Assembly (NCBI GenBank): GCA_046331425.1
Contig: JAXLQU010000007.1
Location: forward strand, 55,437-119,436
Origin: Acidobacteriota bacterium
Lineage (GTDB): Bacteria; Acidobacteriota; Polarisedimenticolia; J045
Length of the DNA: 64,000 nucleotides
Direction of reading: 5' to 3'
Shown here: positions 27,265 through 37,865 of the stretch, piece after piece
How the letters are laid out: each line of letters opens with the position of its first letter
Position numbering within the stretch: the first letter of the stretch is position 1
Translations under genes and position numbers: made by a program
Notes under the pieces: model-generated
The model's database searches: none
Told to the model about the DNA's origin: nothing
Seen by the model: the letters and a program-made list of their open reading frames with translations, nothing else

Positions 27265-28555
27265 TCGATGTGCGCGCGAGCACGATCCAGACGAGACCGG
27301 CCGCAATCAAGGCCGAACCGAGGAGTGCCGTGAGGTTGGAGAGTGCGATCAGGTTCGCATCGAGTGCTCGCCCGTACAGATGGGTCACGACACAACTGGT
27401 GATGGTGCACGCCCCGATGTCCAGCGCCAGCCAGCGGCCACGCAGTCGATCCGGCGCGGCTCTTTGTACCAGAAGCGTTGAGTAGACCCACAACGCGCTC
27501 TCACCGATCGAGCCGACGAACACCACGGCGATCGCCCAGTTGAGCGCATGGATTTGACCCAGACCGGCATAGGCTGCACCGAATACAAGAAAACCGAGTG
27601 CGATCGCGGTTGCTAGGCGCCGTGTTCCCAAGGCTGTGAAGCGGTGCAAGAGCAGTGGGCCGATTCCCATTCCCAAGCCGCGCGCGACGTACAGCGCAGC
27701 CACCGCGAGCTCGGCTTCGCCGTGTGGCGCAAACACGCGGGCTCCGAACAGAGTCAACAGAACCGTCATGGCGCCACCGAGTCCCCATCCGGTTTTGATC
27801 CAAAACAGTCGAAGCACGCTACGACGTCGCAGCAGCGAGCGGATTGCGTGGAGCATGTCCGGGCCGCCGACCAAGGCCCACGCGTCGAGTCGGCGTGCAT
27901 GGTGCGGGGGAGGCGGAAGCTGCAGCGGACGTACCAGCGCGATCGAGACGAGGTAAGAGAGTGCATCGAGCCCGAGTGCGACCTGCCACCCCAGGTAGCG
28001 AGTCGCCAAACCGCCGGCCGCAGCACCGAACGTGTAGGTCGCCGACCACGCCAGGACCGAGAGTGTGTTGGCCGCGCCCAACCAGGCAGCAGGGACTGTG
28101 TTGGGGATGGACGCGGCGCGCGCTGGCTCACCGATCGCGCCGAAGAAACTCTGCAGAAAGGTCAAGGTCAACAGATACGCAGCCGCACCCCGCTCGAGAT
28201 ACGGCGCTGCGAACATCGCCGACACAAGCACGAAACGAACCGAGTCGCAGACGATCATGACGAGGCGACGCGGAAACCGATCCGCGATCACGCCTGCAAG
28301 CGGCCCTGCAACGGCCACCGGCAAGAACTTCAAGATCACGACGCCACCCGTGGAGGTGGCATCGCGGTAACCGAGTTTCTCGAGCAGCGAAAGCAGCGCC
28401 AGCAGATTGAACCAGTCGCCCAGCATGCTGGCGGCGCGAGAGAGAAACAGGGCACGAAATCTTGGCGCGAGGCGCACGAGCGACCACAAGGACGTCGGCG
28501 GTCCCGCTGACGTCGGTGTGACGCCTGGCGAGACCTCCAGCCTCGGACTGCTCAT
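27242..28555 (-). CDS. MFS transporter
   Basis: 437 aa with about 12 hydrophobic segments. GDWFNLLALLSLL and DRFPRRLVMI motifs typical of MFS_1. ATG overlaps the upstream stop (ATGA). Confidence 0.8.
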   Translation of the reverse strand: MSSPRLEVSPGVTPTSAGPPTSLWSLVRLAPRFRALFLSRAASMLGDWFNLLALLSLLEKLGYRDATSTGGVVILKFLPVAVAGPLAGVIADRFPRRLVMIVCDSVRFVLVSAMFAAPYLERGAAAYLLTLTFLQSFFGAIGEPARAASIPNTVPAAWLGAANTLSVLAWSATYTFGAAAGGLATRYLGWQVALGLDALSYLVSIALVRPLQLPPPPHHARRLDAWALVGGPDMLHAIRSLLRRRSVLRLFWIKTGWGLGGAMTVLLTLFGARVFAPHGEAELAVAALYVARGLGMGIGPLLLHRFTALGTRRLATAIALGFLVFGAAYAGLGQIHALNWAIAVVFVGSIGESALWVYSTLLVQRAAPDRLRGRWLALDIGACTITSCVVTHLYGRALDANLIALSNLTALLGSALIAAGLVWIVLARTSIRRDVPL

Positions 28556-29250
28556 CGAGCAGGAGGAGGGAACAGTGTCAGCTGCCTGGGGACCTTCTTG
28601 CGATCGGAGCGTGTCCTGCGAGCCGGCGCTGACGCGGCCAAGGTGGGCGAGGCGGTTCCAGCGGTACGGCGCTCGCTGCCAACAGGCTGATAGACGCCCT
28701 GCTCACGGGCCCACCTCAAAAGCCGCTGGTCCAACGCGCGAAACTCCGGCCCATGATCCATGTACCGAAGGTGGGCGAGTTCATGGCACATCGTTGCGAT
28801 CAAACTCGAATAGCGCAGGAATTCCCCGGTCGTGCGCGAGCGCAACCGGATCCGAATATTTCCATCCGCATCGCAGCAGCCGTAAAGCTTGGCATCGGAA
28901 CGCGTTCTCTTGACCGACGACCATCGCAGTCCAAATGCATCCGCAATCGGCCGGCAATCGTTGCGCAACCGCTCCAACAACCTTTCTTCTTCTCGGCGTC
29001 GTTCGATCATCGTGAGGGGAGCCGGTTGAATCGACCGGCGACGGAGATTAGCACGCCCCCGATGCCCGCTGGCAAATTCCTGGAAAGCCGCTCCCAGAGC
29101 GGAGAGCCAGCCATGAAACGACCCCCAACCGTGATTCTGCCGGGGAGCTCTGGATCCCGTCGACCGCCTGTCCTGGCGCCGACCTGCGCGGGTCACCAGG
29201 TGATCTCGTCCGGGAGCAATTCCCGATTGGCGCGCTTTTGAAAGATCCAC
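28552..29250 (-). CDS. YgjP/SprT-like zinc metallopeptidase (HExxH)
   Basis: MCHELAHLRYMDHGPEFRAL resembles the DUF45/YgjP metal-binding motif. The maximal ORF overlaps the upstream gene by 58 nt. The first in-frame start past that overlap is ATG 29010 (MIERRREEE...), which may be the real start. Confidence 0.5.
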   Translation of the reverse strand: MDLSKARQSGIAPGRDHLVTRAGRRQDRRSTGSRAPRQNHGWGSFHGWLSALGAAFQEFASGHRGRANLRRRSIQPAPLTMIERRREEERLLERLRNDCRPIADAFGLRWSSVKRTRSDAKLYGCCDADGNIRIRLRSRTTGEFLRYSSLIATMCHELAHLRYMDHGPEFRALDQRLLRWAREQGVYQPVGSERRTAGTASPTLAASAPARRTRSDRKKVPRQLTLFPPPAR

Positions 29251-29777
29251 AGGCGCTGTTCCTCGCGGTCGCTGCCCTGCTCCTCATCGGGAGTCAAGGG
29301 CTCCGCAATCGTTACGTGTACGCGCATCGGGTCTTGTAGCCAAACGAGCTGGCGGCCGTCGTAGCTGCGGTACAACTGAACGTCTCCGGTCTCGTCCAAC
29401 TGTGCCCCGCGGCGCGCTTTCTGCTCGCGTTTGTAGTGAAACACCAAGACACTGTCGTTGGAGCGCGAGGGGTCGAACTCGAGTTCGATGAATCCCGGGA
29501 AGCCGTCGTAAACAAACTCGGCACGCTGATGGAACGCAGTATCGAGCGAGACCCCACCGTCGATATCCCATCGGAACGACAGCTCCCAGTGACCGCTCGC
29601 CGCTTTGCGAAGCATCACCACTTGCTTCCACTTCGGTTGTTGACGCGTCCATGTGCCGGCGAAGTTACCGGTGGCTACCGGCGTGGGCGGCGTTTGGCGC
29701 GCGGCCCAAACACACAGTGCGAACAGGGTCGATGCAACCACAGTGATGACCCATCGAGCGCAACGCGAACGACTCAT
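29193..29777 (-). CDS. membrane-anchored hypothetical protein
   Basis: 194 aa with N-terminal anchor WVITVVASTLFALCVWAA. No motif recognised. Confidence 0.5.
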   Translation of the reverse strand: MSRSRCARWVITVVASTLFALCVWAARQTPPTPVATGNFAGTWTRQQPKWKQVVMLRKAASGHWELSFRWDIDGGVSLDTAFHQRAEFVYDGFPGFIELEFDPSRSNDSVLVFHYKREQKARRGAQLDETGDVQLYRSYDGRQLVWLQDPMRVHVTIAEPLTPDEEQGSDREEQRLWIFQKRANRELLPDEITW

Positions 29778-30712
29778 AGTGACCCCTTGGGCCGCGCCAG
29801 GCGACGCGCCGGGCGGAGCGTACGGCCAGCGGCGCCACGCGGCAATCCAAGCGCTCGCAACATCTGCGAGGCTCGCGCCGGAGTGATCCGCTTCGACCCG
29901 ACACCGATCGCAATCGTGATGGCCGAGAGCCAGCGGTGGGCAATCGCCGCGCCGTCGTTGGAGACGCGCTGCGCTTTCAGTGCCTGCTCGTGGTGCTGAA
30001 GCGTGGCCAGATCACCGCGCATCGCCGGCCCGGTGAGTGCGTCGGACGCGCTCCGCCCCTCGAGGTTTGCCACGGCGTTGTAGGCCAGGCCAAGTGCTGC
30101 GCGCCGGGCCACGGCCGGCTTAAGGCCGGCGCGAGTCAACCATTCGATGGAACTGGCCAAGAGCGCGGTGAGATCGCCGGCCGCCAGGACACAGGCGACG
30201 TGCAACAAGGCCCGCTCGCTATCGGCAATGACATGGGCTTCCAAATCGGCAGCGCGGGCGAGTCGCTTGGCCGCCGTCACCGCGCGGCGGTCGCCGCTGA
30301 TGTCGGCCAAACCAGGACGGGTAGGCGCGCTCCCCACCAGCGGAAGCAACGGATGTAGTACGCCAACAGAATGTCTGTTGGCAGCCAAGGATGAGAGCAG
30401 CGACCGTGCTGGCCATGCGCCCGCCAGATGCAAGACAACGATCGGACGCGTCAGCAACGGTGCCAACTGCCGCGCGACCATCGCGATCGCATCGTCCGGT
30501 ACCGCCAACACCACGACCTGAGCAGCGGACGCGAGTTCATCGAGACGATCGCATCGTCGAACGCGCGCTCGGCGTGCGACGAGTCGCGCTTGCGCCGCGC
30601 GACGCGCCCAGACCATCACCGAAAGCGATCGGTCTCGTTGCCACGCAGGCGCCAACGATTGCGCAGCGCGCCCTCCTCCCACGATGCCGACCCGCAGTGC
30701 TGTTGGACTCAT
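29774..30712 (-). CDS. Rossmann-fold NAD(P)-binding protein (DUF2520-like)
   Basis: N-terminal GIVGGGRAAQSL dinucleotide-binding motif; C-terminal ...LTGPAMRGDLATLQHH resembles the DUF2520 domain. ATGA overlap with rluD. Confidence 0.6.
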   Translation of the reverse strand: MSPTALRVGIVGGGRAAQSLAPAWQRDRSLSVMVWARRAAQARLVARRARVRRCDRLDELASAAQVVVLAVPDDAIAMVARQLAPLLTRPIVVLHLAGAWPARSLLSSLAANRHSVGVLHPLLPLVGSAPTRPGLADISGDRRAVTAAKRLARAADLEAHVIADSERALLHVACVLAAGDLTALLASSIEWLTRAGLKPAVARRAALGLAYNAVANLEGRSASDALTGPAMRGDLATLQHHEQALKAQRVSNDGAAIAHRWLSAITIAIGVGSKRITPARASQMLRALGLPRGAAGRTLRPARRLARPKGSL

Positions 30713-31671
30713 GGGTGAACTCCACCGAGTGCGCGCCAGAGTTGCTCGAGGTCGTCGGGCCAGGGAGCCTCGAAGGCCATTCTCTCCCCGCTGGTTGGAT
30801 GGTCGAGTTCGAGACGCCGCGCGTGCAGCGCCGGGCGCTGGAGTGCCAGTATCGCGCGCCGTCGGACTGGATCCATCACGCTTGCGGCACGAGCGCCGCC
30901 GTACGTTTGATCGCCGATCAACGGATGTCCAAGTGCGGTGAGGTGAACGCGCACTTGATGCGTTCTGCCAGTCAAGATCTGCACCTGGACCCAGGCGAAA
31001 CCCGGCAACTCTTGCTTGACCTCATAGCGACTTTCGGCGGCGCGCGCTTGCTTCGAACGTGTCGACATCTTCACGCGATTCTTGGGGTCGCGTCCGACCG
31101 GCAGGTCGATCGAGCCGGATGATTGTCGTGGCCGGCCCCAGACGAGCGCGTCGTACAGCTTGTTCACGCCACGTGCGACGAACTGCGCATGCAAGGCCCG
31201 GTGCGCCAGCTCATGACGCGCAATCACGATGACCCCGGTCGTGCCCTTGTCGAGTCGATGGACCAACCCCGCGCGCCCCTCGCCGCCGACCCCCGCGAGT
31301 CTTGGATCGCGATTCAAAAGCGCCGCTGCCAGCGTTCCCTGTTTCACGCCGGCCCCAGGATGAACCACCAGGCCGGCCTGCTTGTCGATCACCAGCAACG
31401 CGTCGTCTTCGTAGAGTACCGAAAGCGGGATTGCCTCCGGCACCAATCGATCATCGTGTGCGGGCGGCAGTTCGATGGTCACGATCGAGCCCGCGCGCAC
31501 GAGTTCGGAGGGACGCGCGCTGCGGCCATCGAGTTGCACTTGGCCAGCCTTGATCAACTCGGTGAGGCGCGAGCGGGAGTGCTCGCTGTGATGAGTTGCG
31601 CAAAAGCGATCGAGCCGCAGTCCTTCGTCTGCGCTCGAGACTTGGTGACGAAACGATCCGCTGCGTATCAC
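30709..31671 (-). CDS. rluD: RluA-family 23S rRNA pseudouridine synthase
   Basis: S4-like N-term (GLRLDRF...), catalytic LVHRLDKGTTGVIVIARH. I chose the GTG at 31671, which overlaps the lgt stop (GTGA). The maximal ORF (to 32076) runs antisense-free through lgt and is rejected. Confidence 0.8.
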   Translation of the reverse strand: MIRSGSFRHQVSSADEGLRLDRFCATHHSEHSRSRLTELIKAGQVQLDGRSARPSELVRAGSIVTIELPPAHDDRLVPEAIPLSVLYEDDALLVIDKQAGLVVHPGAGVKQGTLAAALLNRDPRLAGVGGEGRAGLVHRLDKGTTGVIVIARHELAHRALHAQFVARGVNKLYDALVWGRPRQSSGSIDLPVGRDPKNRVKMSTRSKQARAAESRYEVKQELPGFAWVQVQILTGRTHQVRVHLTALGHPLIGDQTYGGARAASVMDPVRRRAILALQRPALHARRLELDHPTSGERMAFEAPWPDDLEQLWRALGGVHP

Positions 31672-32507
31672 GCGGATGGAGGTTCGGCCGCGTTGGTGGC
31701 GCTGCGACGCCGCAGCACCCACCACAGCGTCGCTGCGATCACGATCATCGCGGCCGAGATCATTTGACTGGTCGACAAACCAAATGCGAAGACACCGCGG
31801 ACAGCATCTCCGCGCGTTCTTTCGATGAAAAACCGACCGACCGCATAGACCATCAAGTAGGTCAGAATCAATTCCCCGTGGGTCCGGCGGCGAGAGCGCA
31901 TCCACAACAGCAGGGGCAGCACGACCAACAGGTTCCAACCAGCCTCGTAGAGGGGCGATGGATGCAGCGGCGTGTCCAGCGGCACCCCTGTCCGCAGATT
32001 TCCCTCTGGATTGTGGTACTGCAGTCCCCATGGCAACGTCGTCGGCGAACCGAAACAGCAGCCGGCCAACAGGCAACCGACACGGCCGATCGCTTGCGCC
32101 ACGGGCAACGGGAGGGCAGCCGCGTCAAGGACCGTCGCCAGCGGGAGTTTGTATGAGCGTGCGAGCAAGATCATGGCGCCGACACCACCCAACACACCTG
32201 TCCAGATCACGCCTGCAGAGCTGAGAAACTCGAAGCTCACGAAACGCGAGGGGTGCGTGAGGAACGCTTTGGGTTCGACCAGCACCAGGCCGAGCTTGCC
32301 CCCCACGATCCCCGAGATCACCGCCCAGAACACCACGTTCGAGGCGACCTCACGATCGATGCCGTCGCGCGCCGCGTTGCGTACGAACCAACCCCATCCG
32401 ATCACCATCGCGAGCGCGACCAACAATCCGTAAGAGGGGAGCGCCACTCTTATCTCACCCAACAGCGGCAGCGTTGCCGTGCCGAAGTCGATCAGATACG
32501 GGTGCAC
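31668..32507 (-). CDS. lgt: prolipoprotein diacylglyceryl transferase
   Basis: (V)HPYLIDFGTATLPLLGEIRVALPSYGLL N-term like E. coli Lgt; GRFFIERTRGD signature. GTG start lies directly after the lspA stop (TGAGTG). Confidence 0.9.
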   Translation of the reverse strand: MHPYLIDFGTATLPLLGEIRVALPSYGLLVALAMVIGWGWFVRNAARDGIDREVASNVVFWAVISGIVGGKLGLVLVEPKAFLTHPSRFVSFEFLSSAGVIWTGVLGGVGAMILLARSYKLPLATVLDAAALPLPVAQAIGRVGCLLAGCCFGSPTTLPWGLQYHNPEGNLRTGVPLDTPLHPSPLYEAGWNLLVVLPLLLWMRSRRRTHGELILTYLMVYAVGRFFIERTRGDAVRGVFAFGLSTSQMISAAMIVIAATLWWVLRRRSATNAAEPPSA

Positions 32508-33020
32508 TCAGGCCTGCCGTTTGCGGCCGAACAGCGCCTCGACCAACAGCAATGCCGCACCGCAGCAAAGTCCGGTATCGGCGATGTTGAAGGTCGGCCA
32601 CTGATTGGTACCGAAAGTCCGGATCAACCATCCGTCCGGCTTGACCCAGCCCGCATAGACGACGATGAAGTCGATCACGTGGCCGTGCATCAAACGATCG
32701 AGAACGTTGCCGACAGCTCCGCCCAAGATCAGCGCAAGGGCCGGGCGCGCAAAGACCTCATGCAACGGGGTGCGCCAAAGCAACCATGCCAGGAATGGAA
32801 TCGCGACGATCGGGAGTGCCGTCAGCAGGAGACTGCGCCACGGTTCGGACCAGGTTTCGAACAGACTGAACATCGCGCCAGTGTTGTGAGCCAACTCCAT
32901 TCGAAAGAAGTTGGGAACGACCTGCAAGTGCCCCTGCAACCCCGAAGCCCACCATTTGGTGAGTTGATCGAGCAGGAACCAACCGGCGGCGATCGAAAAA
33001 TCCCGAAACCTAGGATTCAC
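32508..33020 (-). CDS. lspA: lipoprotein signal peptidase II
   Basis: LDQLTKWW, NTGAMFSLF and FNIADTGL are LspA signatures. I chose GTG 33020 with AAGGAG 7 nt upstream (171 aa). The maximal ORF (to 33380) would overlap the ileS start region on the other strand. Confidence 0.85.
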   Translation of the reverse strand: MNPRFRDFSIAAGWFLLDQLTKWWASGLQGHLQVVPNFFRMELAHNTGAMFSLFETWSEPWRSLLLTALPIVAIPFLAWLLWRTPLHEVFARPALALILGGAVGNVLDRLMHGHVIDFIVVYAGWVKPDGWLIRTFGTNQWPTFNIADTGLCCGAALLLVEALFGRKRQA

Positions 33021-33113
33021 CTCAGGGCTCCTTGCGGCCGCAGGCTTTTTTCGGCCCGGCCCGCGCGCGTGGCAGAATAGCGCGCTTTTCACAGCCCACC
33101 ACAGGAGCGATCC

Positions 33114-36100
33114 ATGCCGTATCAACGCCCGCGCGGCGACCACAAGTTCGCTGCGATCGAGCGCGAGATTCTCGAGTTCTGGAAGCGCGAACGGATCTTC
33201 GAGCGGTCGATGGCGGCCCGCGTCGGTTGCCCCACGTTCGTGTTCTACGAGGGGCCGCCGACCGCGAACGGGCTCCCTCACAACGGCCATGTCCTGACAC
33301 GCGTCGTCAAGGACCTGTTCCCCCGCTACAAGGCGATGCGCGGCTTCAGCGTTCCGCGCAAAGGGGGTTGGGACACGCACGGCCTACCGGTCGAGGTCGA
33401 GGTCGAAAAGAACTCGGGATCCACGGCAAGGCCGAAATCGACGCGTACGGGATCGAGCCTTTCACCAAACGCTGCATCGAGAGTGTCTTTCGCTACACCA
33501 AGGAGTGGGAGTCGCTTACCGAAAGGATCGGCTTCTGGGTCGATCTGTCCGAAGCCTATGTCACCTATCACAAGCCGTATGTCGAATCGGTCTGGTGGGC
33601 GCTGTCGCGATTGTTCGAAAAGGGGCTGTTGTACCAGGGGCACAAAGTGGTTTGGTGGTGGCCGCAGGGTGGGACCGCGCTCAGCTCCGCGGAGGTCGGA
33701 CTGGGGTATCGCAGCGTCGACGATCCCGAAGTGATCGTGCGGTTCCGCAGTCTGAATCGGCCGGGTGTCTCCTTCCTGGCGTGGACGACCACACCGTGGA
33801 CATTGCCCAGCAATGTTGGTCTCGCGGTCGGTGCCGAACTCGACTACGTGTTGGCCCGCGTCGAGCGTGACGGGCATGCTCCGGAGGATGTGATCGTCGC
33901 GGAGGCGCTCGTTCAACGCGTGCTGGGGGAGACGGGCGTCACGGTACTGGAACGTTTCAAAGGCAAGGCGCTGGAAGGTGAGCGGTACGAGCCGCTGTTT
34001 CGCTACGTCGAACCGCAAGGCGGTAAAGCGTGGGAACTCGTCACGGCCGATTTCGTCGGTGCCAACGATGGGACCGGAATCGTCCACTGTGCTACCGGCT
34101 TTGGTGAGGACGATTTTGCATTGACCAAGACCAAGGGGTTGGCGCTGTTGCAGTTGGTGCAGCCGGACGGACGTTTTCCTGCAGAGGTCTCCGACTTCGC
34201 CGGTCGCTACATCAAGGAGGCGGATCGCGACATCGTCAAGCATTTGAAAGCTCGCGGGCTGGTGTTTCACGAGGGGACCTACCGTCACGACTACCCCTTT
34301 TGCTGGCGCGCGAGCAGTGATCCTCTGATTCAATACGCTCGCCCGGCTTGGTTCATTCGCACCACGGCACAGATCCAGCACGCAATCGAGAACAACCGGG
34401 CGATCAACTGGTTGCCCGACGCGATCAAGGACGGGCGGTTCGGCGACTTTCTCGCCAACAACGTCGACTGGGCGCTCTCGCGTGAACGTTACTGGGGGAC
34501 TCCACTCCCGATCTGGGAGTGCTCGGCGTGCGGCCAGCAGGAGGCCTTTGCGCGTTTGGATGATCTGCTCGCGCGCAATCCGCAAGCCCTCGACCACTGG
34601 CACGAAGCCAAGCGCCAAGACCCGACGTTGTCGGAACACCTGGTCGTGCACAAGCCTTGGGTTGACTCGATTCTTGTTCCCTGCGGCAAGTGCGGCTGGA
34701 CGATGCGCCGCGTGCCCGAGGTGATCGATTGCTGGTTCGACTCCGGCTGCATGCCGTTCGCGCAGTGGGGCTTTCCGCACACAGGCCGCGAGTCGTTCGC
34801 CGCCGCGTTCCCTGCCGACTTCATCTCCGAGGCGATCGATCAAACGCGTGGCTGGTTCTATTCGTTGCTGATGATTTCCACCTTGGTGTTCGACGAAGAG
34901 ACGCAGCGCGAGTTCGACTTGCAACCGCAGCGTGGCTACCCACACCCCTACAAAAGCTGCATCGTGCTTGGTCACGTCTGCGACCCGGAAGGGAAGAAGG
35001 AATCCAAAAGCAGCGGCAACTACACCTCGCCCGATTTGGTGCTGGAAGGGAAGTTCACGCTCACCATCGGCGCTGAGGATCGAATCAAGGGCGGGGTTGC
35101 CGCGGACGGCGCCGTGCTGTTGGCAGCTCAGGTGAAGACTTTGGGTCTGGCCGAGGGGGCACCGCTTACGGTCTGCCGTGTCGATGATCCGGCGCGCCGC
35201 TTCGTGGCCAAACTCGTTTCCGGGACCGCGGGGAAGGAAGCGATCGTACTCGGAGCTGCGGTGCGCGAGGCGTTGGGATTACATGCCGGCGACAAAGTTC
35301 AGATCGATGTCTTGGACGACCCGCCGGGTGCCGATGCCTTCCGCTGGTTTTTCTACAGTTCAGGTCCGCCGTGGAACAATACACGCAACTCGTTACGCGC
35401 GATTCGCGACGGACAGAATGAGTTCTTGGTGCGCTGGCAGAATGTGTTGTCGTTCTTCCTGATCTATGCCGCGATCGATGGGTTCGACCCGGCCGCCGAC
35501 AATCCAGCCCGCGGACAGAAGATTCCAACTGCAAGCGGTGGGCGCGGCTATCGACCAGCGCGTCAGCGTGCGCTGTTGGATCGATGGGTGCTCAGCGAAC
35601 TGGCGATCACCGCGCAGCATGTGACCGAGGCACTGGACGGCTATCGAATCTATGAAGCGGCTTTGGCGCTGAAGGAGTTCATCGACGGCCTGTCGAACTG
35701 GTATGTGCGTCGCAGCCGCGACCGATTCTGGAAGGGGGACCTTACCGACCCATCGAAAGCCGATGCGTATTGGACGCTATGGGAGAGCCTGGTCGGGGTC
35801 TCACAGCTCGCGGCGCCGTTCGTTCCGTTCTTCTCGGAGCACAGTTGGCGGACGTTGGTGACCGCTGCCTGGCCCACGGCAGAACCTGGCTCCGTGCATC
35901 TTTCCGATTGGCCGACATTTGCCGCCGAGTCGGTAGATCAGCCGCTTTCACGCGCGATGTCGCTGGCGCGCGAAACCGTGTCGCTCGGTCTGTCGGCGCG
36001 CGCCGCACACAAACTGCGAGTTCGCCAGCCGCTGGCAACAGCGCGCATCTTCCTTGCCGACCGCAGCGCGCAATCCGAACTCGAGTCGCTGTCGGCGATC

Positions 36101-36703
36101 GTCGCCGAGGAACTGAATGTCAAGCAGGTTGCGTTCGGTGGCGACGCAGACACCTACGTGCACTGGAAGATGCAACCTAACTTCCGCGCGATCGGGCCGA
36201 AGTACGGCACGCTCGTGCCGCAAATCAAACAAGTACTGGCGACCGTCGATGCTGCAACCCTTCGCCGTCAACTCGATGCCGAGGGTGCAATCCAAATCGT
36301 GGTGGAAGGGCAAACCGTCAGACTCGGCCCCGAAGAGATCGCGATCTCGCTTTCGGCTCGAGACCACTACGCAGCCGCCTCGTCGCCGAGAGTGGTGGTG
36401 GTCTTGGAAACCGATCTCAGCCCGGAGCTGATCGAAGAAGGGTTGGCGCGGGAGCTGATCAACCGGATCCAATCGCTGCGCAAGGAACTCGACCTGGACT
36501 ACACCGATCGGATCGCGGTTGCGTGCGAGGCCGCACCGGAGCATGCCGCCACGCTCGCCGCATTGATCGCTCGACACGGGGACTTGATTGCTGGGGAAAC
36601 GCTGGCCGTCGAGCTCGCCTCAGCACGTGCATCGGAACATCAGACCGTGCGCCATGACGAGTTGGAAGGAATTGCCGTGACGCTCGGCGTTTCGCGTCGC
36701 TGA
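33114..36703 (+). CDS. ileS: isoleucine--tRNA ligase (type 2), with an apparent -1 frameshift at 33406-33410
   Basis: N-term [23 protein letters not shown] (HIGH-type) ...[15 protein letters not shown] is in the frame of ORF 33114..33734. The rest of IleS ([14 protein letters not shown]... to the end) is in the frame of ORF 33032..36703. The junction is GTCGAAAAGAACTC; an A5 run instead of A4 would restore EVEKELGI. AGGAG lies 6 nt upstream of the ATG. Confidence 0.85.
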
Positions 36704-36716
36704 TGAGGACCTGCCG

Positions 36717-37865
36717 GTGACGCGACTGTACATGGACTACAACGCGACCGCGCCACCGGCTCCCGGCGTGGCGGAGGCGATCGCGGAGTTCTTTCAACAT
36801 CACTGGGGGAATCCGTCTTCGTCGCACGCCGAGGGACGCCGAGCGCGGATCGCGTGCGAGCAAGCACGCGCTCGCGTGGCGCACGCGTTGGACTGCCAAA
36901 CCGAGGAGGTTGTTTTCACCTCAGGCGGCTCGGAGGCCGATGCGCTCGCGATTCGAGGTTTGTTCGAGTCAGGGAGAGTCGACGCGTTGGTGCTGGGTGG
37001 CTTGGAGCATCCCGCCGTGATGGCGACTGCACGGTGGCTGGCCGATCACCGCAACGCCAAGGTCCAGCTCACGCGCGTCGATCGGCACGGGCGTGTTACG
37101 GCGGAAGCGGTCGCCGAGGCGCTCGATCGCCTCGAGCGGCACGATCGACCACTCGTTTCGGTGATGCTTGCCCAGAACGAACTCGGCACGCTCAACCCGC
37201 TCGACGAGATCTCAGCGATAACTCGCGCGCGCGGCGCGTTGCTTCACAGCGATGCCGTGGCTGCGTTCGGCAAGATCCCGATCTCTGTGAGTAATCTGGG
37301 CGTCGATCTGCTCACCGTTTCGGCTCACAAGATCGGAGGCCCGGCCGGTGCAGGAGCGTTGATCGTGAGGCGCGAACTTCAGCCGGCGGCTTTCTGTCAA
37401 GGAGGCCACCAAGAGCAAGGACGTCGACCCGGAACGGAGCCGCTCTCGCTCTTGGTTGGATTCGGGGTAGCGGCACAAGCGGTCCCGCAGCGAGTGGCGA
37501 GTTGTGCATCCGCGGCGCCGATGCGCGCACGACTAGAAACACAACTCATGGCGACGATCCCAGATGTTTTGGTGGCCGGCCTCGAAGCACCCAGACTCCC
37601 CAACACGGTGGCGGCGATCTTTCGAGATGTCGTCGGAACGAGCGTCGTCGCGGCGTGCGACGCTGCAGGCCTATCGATTTCGGCAGGCGCGGCCTGTCAC
37701 TCGGCGACTGGATCGCCCACGATGCGCGCGCTCGCGCTACCCGATGGGTATCGGGAGGGGCTCGTCCGACTTTCAGTGGCGCCCACGGTCCAAGCCGGGG
37801 AGATCGATCGCGCCGTCACGATACTGGCCAACGCTGTCGGCGCGTTGCGCGGGGCCGCGGCGTGA
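36717..37865 (+). CDS. cysteine desulfurase (class V aminotransferase, IscS/NifS-like)
   Basis: (M)TRLYMDYNATAPP N-term like IscS; SAHKIGGPAGAGALIV PLP-Lys region. GTG with GAGGA 8 nt upstream. Confidence 0.85.
   Translation: MTRLYMDYNATAPPAPGVAEAIAEFFQHHWGNPSSSHAEGRRARIACEQARARVAHALDCQTEEVVFTSGGSEADALAIRGLFESGRVDALVLGGLEHPAVMATARWLADHRNAKVQLTRVDRHGRVTAEAVAEALDRLERHDRPLVSVMLAQNELGTLNPLDEISAITRARGALLHSDAVAAFGKIPISVSNLGVDLLTVSAHKIGGPAGAGALIVRRELQPAAFCQGGHQEQGRRPGTEPLSLLVGFGVAAQAVPQRVASCASAAPMRARLETQLMATIPDVLVAGLEAPRLPNTVAAIFRDVVGTSVVAACDAAGLSISAGAACHSATGSPTMRALALPDGYREGLVRLSVAPTVQAGEIDRAVTILANAVGALRGAAA

Noticed and set aside
31672-32076. N-terminal 135-codon extension of the rluD maximal ORF
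   Set aside because: It runs through lgt in another frame and its product is unlike RluD. The GTG at 31671 overlapping the lgt stop gives a canonical S4-domain N-terminus.
33021-33380. N-terminal extension of the lspA maximal ORF
   Set aside because: It would cover the ileS start on the opposite strand. AAGGAG-N7-GTG at 33020 gives a 171-aa LspA of normal size.
33032-33409. ORF 33032..36703 upstream portion (MRPQAFFGPARARG...)
   Set aside because: Arg-rich out-of-frame read-through. The real IleS N-terminus is in ORF 33114..33734 up to the A4-run frameshift.
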